Notes under the pieces: generated by a model
What the model saw: only the letters and a program-made list of their open reading frames with translations
Database searches by the model: none
What the model was told of the DNA's origin: nothing
Assembly: GCA_964270895.1 (NCBI GenBank)
Contig: OZ185438.1
Strand: one strand, 5' to 3'
Origin: Podarcis filfolensis
Lineage: Eukaryota
DNA length: 64,000 nucleotides
Position numbers and translations under genes: made by a program
Part shown: positions 1 through 9,855 of the stretch, piece by piece
How positions within the stretch are numbered: position 1 is the stretch's first letter
Layout: each line of letters opens with the position of its first letter

Positions 1-809
1 AGATGTATTGCCTTGTAAAGCTCATCAACATGCTTTTCATCACATGTTGATTGTACTGGTGTCTATTTCACAGCATGTCTACATCTTGGAAACCGCAATG
101 AGGCACAGTTTCCCAGAGCACACATCTACACTGTGGGAAGCCACAGTGAAACAGATACATGTATGATCACCACACATCAGTTTTCATGGTCTTTCTGTCT
201 TTCCTTGGGAGAGTAGGAGGAAATGGAGGCACTATCTAACAGGGCCCAGCAACTCTAATACGGACACAAAATTCAACAGATTTGTTTGCCAACCACAGTC
301 CACAGCTTCATGTGTTGAATATCTGCCTGCTGTGCAGTTGTCACAATCACATAACTTCTTTTGAGAAAGAGAGATGCAACTTCTATATGGTAAAATGCTA
401 CTATGAGTTTGTTTGGTCTTACTAACTGAATACAAACTTACAAATGCTGCTTTGGCAAATTCTCAGACTGTTCAAATCCAGAAATAAAGAAGGAATAGAA
501 ACCTGAATAAACTCATAGAAGACAAAAGGTGGCAGTAACAAAAGAGGGTAGCAATTGGTTGCCTAGAATTCAGAGCAGCACGAGCTTCTTCTTGCTCCTG
601 AAACAGTTTCAAAACTAGCCATATCATACACAGGGCCTTGCAGATATTGCTGGACAACTCCCATCACCCTGACCACTTGCCACGCTGTCTGCAGCCTATG
701 GGAACTTGTAGTCCAACAATACCTGAAGTGCCACAGCTTCTCTATCCCCGATTTATATCCTACCCTGATGCATGCTGCAAAAGCTGGAGCAGAACATCCA
801 TTTTACATA

Positions 810-1407
810 CAGGGGTGTAGGGGGTGGGTGGGTCACCCCAGGTTCCATCGTAGAGGGGGGTGACAAATTATCAAGGAACAATTACTGCCCTACTAGGGAG
901 GTTCATAAAAAAACCTTTTAGAAAAATTCCTGCTCCAAAGGTCTTATCTTACTACACTAGGGATTATGTAGCTATATATGAAATTTCATGCATAGCAGTT
1001 AATATCTTGACCCTCCTCCACAAAAATAGCTGTTTACTTGGCCGTTTTCCTATGTTGTGAAGGCTGAAATTTCAATTCAGTGGAGCACTTACTGTTCCTA
1101 ACCCTAACCCTGCGGAAAGCCATCTAATTAGACTTTAATTTGATTCTGACATGTTTTTATGAGGTAATTTAATTATTGTTTAATTTTATACCAATGTTAT
1201 ATATCTGATGTTAGCCGCCCTGAGCCTGACTTCAGCCAGGGAGGACAGGATATAAATAAAAGTTTATTATTGTTATTTATTATTATTCCTTTGTAAGAAA
1301 ATATGAAATAACGTAAAACCATTTTTGCAGGCAAAAAAAAAAAATCAATGGGGGGGGTGACAAGAAATTTTCTGCACCGGGTACCACCTGACCTTCCTAT
1401 GCCTCTG
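810..1407. mobile_element. Non-autonomous hAT-type DNA transposon in CXorf38 intron 2
   Basis: Imperfect TIRs (CAGGGGTGTAGG / CCTATGCCTCTG) and a perfect 8-bp TSD, TTTACATA, at 802-809 and 1408-1415. An 8-bp TSD is characteristic of hAT. The right end is 28 bp from the exon 2 donor. Confidence 0.8.
1205..1287 (+). mobile_element. L2-like LINE 3' tail nested in the hAT element
   Basis: TGTTAGCCGCCCTGAG...GGATATAAATAAA followed by an (ATT)n tail, similar in layout to the copies at 18836 and 28170. Family name from memory. Confidence 0.45.
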
Positions 1408-1435
1408 TTTACATAACAGAACTTCCAGGCATTAC

Positions 1436-1570
1436 CTTTGCCAACTCCCATGCATTAGATGGCCAGAGCCAAGGCCTGCAGTTTCCCCAGTGGACTTCCC
1501 CATTCTTGTGCGTGTGATGATTCAAAATCTCTTTTTTCCATTCTTTACACAAGGAGCACACAGGCTGAAA
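1436..1570 (-). CDS. CXorf38: CXorf38 homolog (DUF4559), coding exon 2
   Basis: 135 nt, tttgtag|...|gtaatg, encoding [45 protein letters not shown]. This matches the recalled human FQPQCQVCAEWKREILRHH...HWGNCRPGRWP. Phase 0 joins exon 1. Confidence 0.93.
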
Positions 1571-2243
1571 CTACAAAGCAAAATGAACACCAATACAAGT
1601 ACTGTCATTTAAATCATTGGTTTCAATTTTTTTATCCAAGGGGGTGGGACTCAATTTGGATTGTCCAAGAAATCAAACAATGTCCAGTCCCCAAAGTCAA
1701 CAAATTACAATTCAGTAAATAAAAAGGGATTAAAAGGAGTTAGGGATGGGACTGCTTACTGTTGGCAGGAAAGAGGCAGAGATGCTGAGGTTATACGGGT
1801 TTACATAGTCGTAGTGTCTCTCTAGTGGGCTTCCGGTTTCTAAGACCCTTTGAGAGATTCCTGCATGTGCATGCTAAGAAAAGCCGCAAATACTCTGGAA
1901 TTAAGGGAGGGGGAGAAATGCAAATAGAAAGTTTGCTTTGAATGCTTTGAAACGATTGTGAGCTTTATCCTTTCAAAATGCAAAAGAAGCTGCACAAAAA
2001 ATGCCACAGCCACCACAGCAGAATTCAGAGTGCTCTTTGCAAGCAGGATTCATGTGTTTTTAAATGCCACATGTCAAGCATAAACTTAACATGTGGAGAT
2101 GGGTTGGGTAGAATGGCATCACCAGCTATACTTCTTAAAGGAAATCAGAGCATAACTTAAGATTCCATTCTGTTGCAAATATAATGTCCTCTCTATCAAA
2201 ACAAGTAGAAAGCAGGTTATTTTAATAAGGTGGAATCTAAGTA

Positions 2244-2469
2244 GAGTGGTACCTCGGGTTACATACGCTTCAGGTTACAGACTCCGCTAACCCAGAAATA
2301 GTGCCTCGGGTTAAAAACTTTGCTTCAGGATTAGAACAGAAATCGTGCTCCGGCAGCACGGCGGCAGTGGGAGGCCCCATTAGCTAAAGTGGTGCTTCAG
2401 GTTAAGAACAGTTTCAGGTTAAGAACGGACCTTCGGAACGAATTAAGTACTTAACCCGAGGTACCACTG
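2244..2469. mobile_element. Tc1/mariner (Tigger-like) MITE
   Basis: TIR (C/G)AGTGGTACCTCGGGTTA ... TAACCCGAGGTACCACTG with a TA TSD. A near-identical family member lies at 54939-55164. Confidence 0.85.
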
Positions 2470-3606
2470 TATACTATTATTTGCCATGTTATGAACTGTC
2501 TTGTAAGGGAAAATACCCTGAAAGGAAGCTTAAATCTATTAAATAAATAAAATTAAAATACATTGGGCTAAAAATATTGGGGGAGGTGTGTGTGCTGGCT
2601 CCTGTCTCTTTAAAGGCTGAGGCATGCAGAAATTTAACAGGTACAGCTTCCTTTGATCATGGAGATAAAGCATCACAGAAAGTTGCACCTATTGAATTTC
2701 TGACAGATATGAGATGAAGCCCAGCATTATAATGCCAAAGTACCCGTAGAGGGTCAGAACTGAAAACACGTACCACAGTGTTCTTAAGGTTTCCTTTTCA
2801 ATGTCTGGCCAAAAACATGTATCTTCCACCACCCCTTCTTTCTTCTAACTATTATCTCTCTTTTCTGTCTCTCTGGCAAATCACATACTCTGAATGCAGA
2901 GTGAAAGGTTCCTTGAAATTCTGCTGGTTACATAGCATTGCGGCTGAGAAGAGCAAGGGGCAGCTCTTTCTCACAAACACTTAAGAATACCGCCATGCAC
3001 TGAACGCTCATCCAGGGAACATATTGCAATTTGGGGAAAGTAGGGAGATAAATTATTGTTTCAGAGCACAGCAACAAAATGGAGCCATTAACCCTGCCCG
3101 TTTGTTTGTTTTTTAAAAATCAATCTATTCCTATCTAGGCCCACTGCTCTTTCCTTGAGCATGGAGAGTACTGTTTGTAATCAGAGCGATGTGTGGAATG
3201 TTTGATATTTCATGTGTCCTTGAGGCTGTGTGGGAAGAGGTGGCAGAGGCAAGCTTCCCAGCTTCCCAGAACATCACACATTCTCACTGAATCCTTCATT
3301 TTCAAAACCCAAATCGACCTCTGGGCAATTCCACTTCTTCCCAGCCCACAAGGAAGCAATTCCGTGAATTTTACTCAAGACTGAGACACGATGAGAACCT
3401 GGGATTGTCAGCCTTGTTGTCAATAAAAGTTTTGTTCAGTATAGTCCCGTACTGCAGAGTCAGGCCTAAGTATCACAAGCTGTTCCAAAAAGTACCACAA
3501 GAGTGGTCAATGAATCATTTTATATCCCGTAACTTTTTTCCTGTGAGGCAAGATATCTGAAGCATCACAGAAGTTGGGCTGCACTCTCTGCTGCTGTTAT
3601 TGTGGC

Positions 3607-4218
3607 CAGGACTGTAGCTAGGGTGTGTTGAGGTGGGCCCCCGCCAGGGGCATAGGCGATGAGGGGTGCCCAAAATCGGCTAAAAATATGTCCATAAATA
3701 TAAATATTGATTACTGTATTGCCTCATAAGAAATGGTTTTAAATAGAGGGTGAATTGAAAGGGTGGAAGGGGTTGGGGTTGGAGGAGGGACAGAAAGAAG
3801 AGCTAGGGGACATAGGTGGCGCTGTGGGTTAAACCACAGAGCCTAGGACTTGCCGATCAGAAGGTCAGTGGTTCAAATCCCCGTGACAGGGTGAGTTCCC
3901 GTTGCTCGGTCCCTGCTCCTGCCAACCTAGCAGTTCGAAAGCACGCCAGTGCAAGTAGATAAATAGGTACCACTCCGGCGGGAAGGTAAACGGCGTTTCT
4001 GTGTGCTGCTCTGCTTTGCCAGAAGCGGCTTAGTCATTCTGGCCACATGACCCGGAAGCTGTACGCCGGCTCCCTTGGCCAATAAAGAGAGATGAGCGCC
4101 AGAACCCCAGAGTTGGCCACGACTGGACCTAATGGTCAGGGGTCCCTTTACCTTTACCTTAGGGGACACAATCTGGACAGTTCTTCCAGGGGCGCAAAAT
4201 CATCTAGCTATGGCTCTG
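3607..4218. mobile_element. Non-autonomous hAT-type element carrying a nested Sauria SINE
   Basis: TIRs CAGGACTGTAGCTAG / CTAGCTATGGCTCTG and a perfect 8-bp TSD, ATTGTGGC, at 3599-3606 and 4219-4226. Confidence 0.8.
3807..4160 (+). mobile_element. Sauria SINE, full length
   Basis: tRNA-derived head GGTGGCGCTGTGGGTTAAACC...GGTTCAAATCC, the typical body, and a (ACCTTT)n tail. Flanked by repeated TAGGGGACA. Confidence 0.9.
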
Positions 4219-4622
4219 ATTGTGGCTGAGTTATGCCTGCAAGCAGCTCCATGTGTGGGTACATGAAGCCCACATACACAGAGACAGCTCCATGAGGCAA
4301 GGCATTTGCATAAAGTGGCTGTTCCTATGTAGTTCCAGCAATTTCAACCCATGCCAGAAAATTCCCCAAAATTCAAAAAGGGGAAGCCTTCACCAGCATG
4401 GAGATTCTGTGATGGTAAAAGTTGTGCAGATTGAATTCTTCCAGTCATGTTAGTCATGCAGCAAAGCAAAAAGCCACAAACTTCCATCTATCCAGAGCAT
4501 TTCTGATGCTTTCTTCATAATTCAAATACGAATGGTGCCATTTTGGCATCACTGACTAATTTTACACAAATTGTCAAACTGCCATGATGATGCACAGCAT
4601 AAGATTATATAGTCCAGTTTCG

Positions 4623-6531
4623 GAACTTCAGTTATTTAACTGTGAAGTGCTGCCTGCCCATTTTTTAAATATAATTTTTGTGCTATAACATTTTGTGAAA
4701 TAATAATTTGAGTGGTGACATCCTGGCACCCTTGAGCAATTTGAAATCATTGAGATGGCTGCCAAATTAGTTTGGCAGCTTCGCAAAAGAATTGGAAAAT
4801 GCCGCCCACCAAGTATATTTTGAGATCTGGGCGACTTGTGTGTCTCTTAGTGGAAGACCCGCCCCCAAAATTCTCTTCCCACTCAAGTCTCAAAGATATA
4901 GGAAAACAAGCACTCCACACACGTCCTTTACAGGGTAAGAGCAGTGAAGGTATGTAGGAATCAACATTAAAAAAAATTAAAACAGGCAGGATTAGAGACT
5001 CCCTTTTGTTGCAGTGCTTTGAAATAATCATTTTCTGGTGACAAGCATAATCATTTCCCGAAATATTTCAAAGCAACGAGTCACGCTGTCTTCAACTACA
5101 TCTTTATAAAGCATCAGTTGGGCTTCATTCTTGGCAGGACTCCATACCTTTGGCTTCTATGTAATTTTCTTTGCAACCTTCATAATGGTACCTGGTCATT
5201 ATCTTAATCTGGTGCTAAGTAAAGCACACCAGCAGCAGTTTTTCAAAACATGAAATTAACTATCCATAGATGTTAAAGTAAGAAGTTCTGATTCAAATAA
5301 TTCTGTGCAAGTACTCTGAGAGGCCAGGGTCTCTTCATTACGATGTTTTGAAAATCCTGGCCTGTTTCCATTAGTGAAACTGTTTCTCTTTGAAGCCTTG
5401 ATTGCAGAACAAAGTTCACTGCTATGTATGCGATCAGTGCAATATGTTGTATCAGCTGCTGCACACTGACTTCTCTAATCATTCTCACTTATCTTGCCTG
5501 AACGCAGGATCATTGTAAGCCTTTAAAACCTCTAAGATTGTTCCTTGTAAGGATTTCATTTGGGGTCTGTGATTAGCAGTTCTACAGATAATATTCCCCT
5601 ATCAACTATGATGTTTAGGATTGCGACTGAAGGTGCACATCTTGCCCCAAAATATATGGCACGCCAAAAGCTAAAACCTGGATGTCTAGTTGGATGTGGA
5701 ATTTAGTTTGATGTACCATTCCGAAGCTTGGCTGCCATCATGCTACTAATGGCATCAAATACACATTTTAAACCCCAAATGAGAAAATCCAATGAGAGAT
5801 TATGTAATCTGGAACAGAAAAGCAACCCTCTGCCCACCTCCCCTCTGCTGCAAAGCAAAAGTGAAACTGGCACCGTGAAACAACTGTGCATTTTTATTAA
5901 CGATTGTAGGTGCATGGTAAAGGTAAAGGTACCCGTGCCCGTACGGGCCAGTCGTGTCCGACTCTAGGGTTGTGCGCCCATCTCACTTAAGAGGCCGGGA
6001 GCCAGCGCTGTCCGGAGACACTTCCAGGTCACGTGGCCAGCGTGACGAAGCTGCTCTGGTGAGCCGGCACCAGCGCAGCACACGGAAACGCCGTTTACCT
6101 TCCCGCTATAAAGCGGGACCTATTTATCTACTTGCACTTAGGGGTGCTTTCAAACTGCTAGGTGGGCAGGAGCTGGGACCGAAAGACGGGAGCTCACCCC
6201 GCCGTGGGGATTCGAACCGCCAACCATGCAATCGGCAAGTCCTAGGCTTTTATCCACAGCGCCACCCGCGTCATAGTGCATCATAGTGGCACTCTAAAAA
6301 TAAAATTGCTCAGCATCCTTCATGTTTGTAACTAGCATCCCTAATGTTTTTTTTTTAAATCTAAGAATTAATGGCATTTCTTGGGATTTCTTCCTTCACA
6401 TCAAAACTAATTTGGCAACCATCTTGAACATTTCAAATTTCTCAAGGATGCCAGGTGCCATCACTGCAGCTATTGCTTCACTATAATAGAAGAAAATATT
6501 TCAGTATTTCACAATGAAATAACGGAAGTTC
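4623..6531. mobile_element. Old DNA-transposon fossil with ~160-180-bp imperfect terminal inverted repeats
   Basis: 4623-4805 aligns with the reverse complement of 6372-6531, e.g. CCTGGCACCCTTGAGCAATTTGAAAT..AGATGGCTGCCAAATTAGTTT vs CCTGGCATCCTTGAGAAATTTGAAAT..AGATGGTTGCCAAATTAGTTT. Termini and TSD are not resolved, and no transposase was recognised. Confidence 0.55.
5916..6272 (-). mobile_element. Sauria SINE (different subfamily from the 3807 copy)
   Basis: Reverse orientation. GGTAAAGGTAAAGG tail at 5916 and head ending CACAGCGCCACCCGCGTC at 6272. Confidence 0.88.
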
Positions 6532-6539
6532 TGCAACCA

Positions 6540-7520
6540 CATTAAAATAAAGAAGCGAGAGAACCGGCCGTGTTGCGCTGCCCCTGAGCTTATATATAAA
6601 GAAATGAAATTATAATACATTAAAAGGATAGGAAAACGCGCGGTATGCTGCACAGTACTGTATTATAAAGCAGGGAATCTCTCGCCTTGCAGAAGGGGGC
6701 ACTGTTCGAAAGAAACAGTTTTGCAGAAAGCGCTCGAGATCCGAGACAATCCGGAGTTCTTTGTTCTGGCCGAAACTTGCCACGAGCGCGGCGCGTATCT
6801 TTCCGCGCGAGAAAAGAGGGATGCGCAACCCCTTCTCCTGTTTAAAATCGTTCCCTCCTCTTTGACTGAGCAAAAGTAGTTTCCCCCCCGGCCCCCCCAC
6901 CCTCCAAATCTCAGGCTGCCAAAAGCCTCGGGGGGCACTGAAGGGACCGCTGGGGCACGTCACGTGCACTTCGGAAAGGGTGAACGACGCGCGAGTGTTT
7001 GTTTCTCGAGCGCGCTTTTGGCGGGAGAGGGGCGACCAGGCAAAGCGAGGCAGGAGCCTCCTCCGACCTCCGCTTCCCAGGGCGGAGCCTCACCTGCTTG
7101 CCTCGAGGGGTGCAGCGCCCGCTGCAGCGGAGGCCCGACGGGCTGAGGCGCGCGGAGGAGCGCGCGACGAGCTGGCGGTGAAAGGCCTGCACTTGCTCCC
7201 CGGCAAAGCGCTGCAGGGCGGCCCGCAAGAGCAGCAGACTGTGCCCGGCCTTCACCCAGTTCTTGTATTCGGCGCAGTTGAGGCGAGAGGCCAGTTCCGC
7301 CAGCGCCATGGCATGCCCGACTCTGCCGCCTTGCGCGCCAGCCTCCAGGGGGCCGGGCTAGAGGCGGCGGAGCCGGCCGGCCTCTGTCGTTCGTTGCTTC
7401 AGGGGAGCGCAGGCAGGAGCCGCCGCTCATCCCGAGGTCATCCTGTCAGCTATAGGTTCACACTTGCAGACACTTTCCTAAGCAACCGTGCAAGAGGTAG
7501 GTATCGATTTCCTTGAAACC
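6540..7520. promoter_or_regulatory. CpG island / promoter of CXorf38
   Basis: High GC and CpG density over exon 1 and the start of intron 1. An E-box GTCACGTG lies at 6959-6966. Confidence 0.8.
7094..7309 (-). CDS. CXorf38: CXorf38 homolog (DUF4559), coding exon 1
   Basis: ATG in GCCATGG context, 72 codons [28 protein letters not shown]...CTPRGKQ, then donor CAG|GTGAG. Matches the recalled human [28 protein letters not shown]. Confidence 0.95.
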
Positions 7521-7663
7521 ACACTTTGACTATTTAAAACGAGGAAAAATCTTGACCCCTCCCTACCCAAGGACACTCATATTTTTCTCAGCAGTGTTAG
7601 CTTCATAAATAAAATAGTGTACACTTACGTTAATTTCCAGATGGTAGCCTCTTTAGTCCTTTG

Positions 7664-7664
<1 letters not shown>

Positions 7665-7700
<36 letters not shown>
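7665..7700. repeat. (TA)18 microsatellite
   Basis: Directly visible. Confidence 0.97.
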
Positions 7701-7703
<3 letters not shown>

Positions 7704-7807
7704 TCACCTTTAAAGGCTAGCAAATTTATTATGGCATAAGATTTTGTGGAGTACAGTCCACGCCACCAGTTGCGTGAAATTTGAGAAAATGTAAAAGGCA
7801 AGGTCAG

Positions 7808-7932
7808 CTTCTCGAAGCTACCAGCATGAGTTTGACCAAACTGCGAGAGGCAGTGGAAGACAGAGGTGCCTGGCGTGCTCTGGTCCATGGGGTCACGAAG
7901 AGTCGGACACGACTAAACGACTAAACAACAAC
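7808..7932 (+). mobile_element. 5'-truncated BovB (RTE) LINE 3' end
   Basis: ...GGCAGTGGAAGACAG...GGTCCATGGGGTCACGAAGAGTCGGACACGACTAAACGACTAAACAACAAC is the BovB 3' end. A 15-bp TSD, AAAAGGC(A/G)AGGTCAG, lies at 7793-7807 and 7933-7947. Confidence 0.88.
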
Positions 7933-9293
7933 AAAAGGCGAGGTCAGTGGGAATTGAAATGCAGAAAAGTAAACAGTGGTATTACGTATTTTTAGTGGTA
8001 ATTTGACCTATAACAGTTCTTGATTCCTCAGAAAAGTCAATGGCACCCTAAATATATATATTCAATATATGATCTATATTCTCAGGTTATGTTCTTAAGT
8101 ATTTGTCAGACCATTTGCCACCAGTACTCAGTTACATACCAGAAACCACCAACTTCCTGAGGAAGCTTCTATTGGCAATTGAAAAAAAGACAAACCCCAA
8201 AGGGCAGCAAGATAAAAGTTGATAAAGTATTCCTGGTTTGGATAAATGTAATGGAAGAACTATAGTTACCCACAAAATTGACTGGCGAACCGCATAAATG
8301 GAAGTACTAATTAACTCATGGAATTCACTGCCATAAGATGTGGTGATGGGCATTATCTTAAAGAAATCAGAGCTGACCTATATTTTGCCTATTAATGGCT
8401 ATAATGTAACCTCCAAATACAGTTATTACTGATATTGAACAAGGTTCAATTTTCTTTAGCTTCCATATACACGCTTTATAAAAGTTGTCATGTTCCCTTC
8501 AATGTTCTAGTGTTTTGTCTCCTAGATCATCTATATCTACTGGTATGGAAGCTGTCAAATTTCCCCCACTTACTAGCTGCACCACATGGGAATCTTTTAA
8601 CATGCATTAACTTACCACTTGGGATTGTCATGTGGAATCACCATGCTAGCACCAGATGTCTCTGTGGCTGCTGCTGGTGAACAGGGGAAGACTATGAAAT
8701 GTTGCCATTCCATATGGCAAGCTACTCTACAAGGTACAACTGCCAAGTGGGAGATTTTCCCCAGAGGCTGTTTCAAGCGGCTTCCATGCAATACTTTCAA
8801 TGTGAAGAATAGTCAGAATTCAGAGAACAACCTTAGCTACTGCTTTAGTTGGGTACACTTACTGGGTCTTTCCCGTTTTCCCTCTCCATATGCATGAAAG
8901 TAAGTCCCTCCATTAAAAACTGCTTCTGCTACATCCCTGAGTTTCAAAGTCAATTGCTGTGCAGCACAGAATGCCGCCCTTGCTCTCAAAAGGCCTACTG
9001 AACTTGTTTCAGGGTGCTTCAGGAACTTGCCTTGAATCAGGTATGAAGATCTGCAAAATCATACCACTTACTGCTTGCTCAATCCAACTTTTAGAGATAA
9101 TAAACTACTGTACTTGAAAAGGAACTGGCAATTTCCTACTTCTAAATTTGGTGCACTGAGTACGTTGAGCTTTTAAGGCAGTGATGAACTACCCAGAAAC
9201 AGCCCCATAAGCAAGCAATCTGGCATTATTTTTTTCACATATAAAAATGAAACATTTTTAAAGCAAACACAGAAACATTTTTTTTAAATCTAG

Positions 9294-9299
9294 TTTATT
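9294..9299 (-). terminator. Candidate proximal poly(A) signal (AATAAA) of MED14
   Basis: AATAAA on the minus strand ~480 nt after the stop, followed by U-rich sequence. A second AATAAA lies at 7730-7725. Confidence 0.55.
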
Positions 9300-9781
9300 A
9301 AATATTGCTTTTGGGGGGACATGTTTACAACAAGCCCAGATTTAAATGTAAGGATTCAAAGCAGTCATATTAAAATACAGTTTCAATATAAAGTTTGTCA
9401 CAGTTTTACAGTATTCAAAAAATGACAGACCTGCCTTTAAAAAAAGACTATTACACCAAGACATAAGAAAAAACATTTAAATAAACAAATTTTGGCATTT
9501 TCATAATCTTTGTAGTATAAAACAGAATATTAACTCTATTTACTGGCAAGCGGATACATAAATCTATTACGACTTTGAAATGTCTCCGTAAAACATCATA
9601 CAGAGTGCTGTACAAAAAGTCTGATGAAAGTGCATCCCTGAAAGTGGGCCAATCCATTGTATTAGCTCTTTTTAAAATGTGACACGTGAAAATGTCTCTT
9701 CCATTTTATATAAGTGAAGGCTTATTTCAGAGAAATGTTTTTGCCTCTTCATCTCATTTTTACCCTTTGCTTAAAAATAGC

Positions 9782-9855
9782 CTATGGACGCCCACCAGGG
9801 GGCAGTGTAAGGTTAGCCATTAAATCACGAACAGCTGCAAAGATTGTACATTCAC
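9782..9855 (-). CDS. MED14: MED14 exon 31 (last coding exon)
   Basis: ttctag|GT GAA TGT...GGG CGT CCA TAG; (G)[23 protein letters not shown]; 74 nt. Confidence 0.96.

Noticed and set aside
1-1435. Search for CXorf38 exon 3 (expected AFMPRG...)
   Set aside because: No matching frame found. The exon presumably lies left of the window.
3927-4169. ORFs with [13 protein letters not shown]-like peptides (also at 5954-6286 and 33946-34143)
   Set aside because: They are translations of non-coding Sauria SINE copies, not a gene family.
6610-7516. ORFs of 91-178 aa overlapping CXorf38 exon 1
   Set aside because: Alternative-frame and antisense products of a CpG island. Only the first 72 codons of 6911..7309 are homologous to CXorf38.
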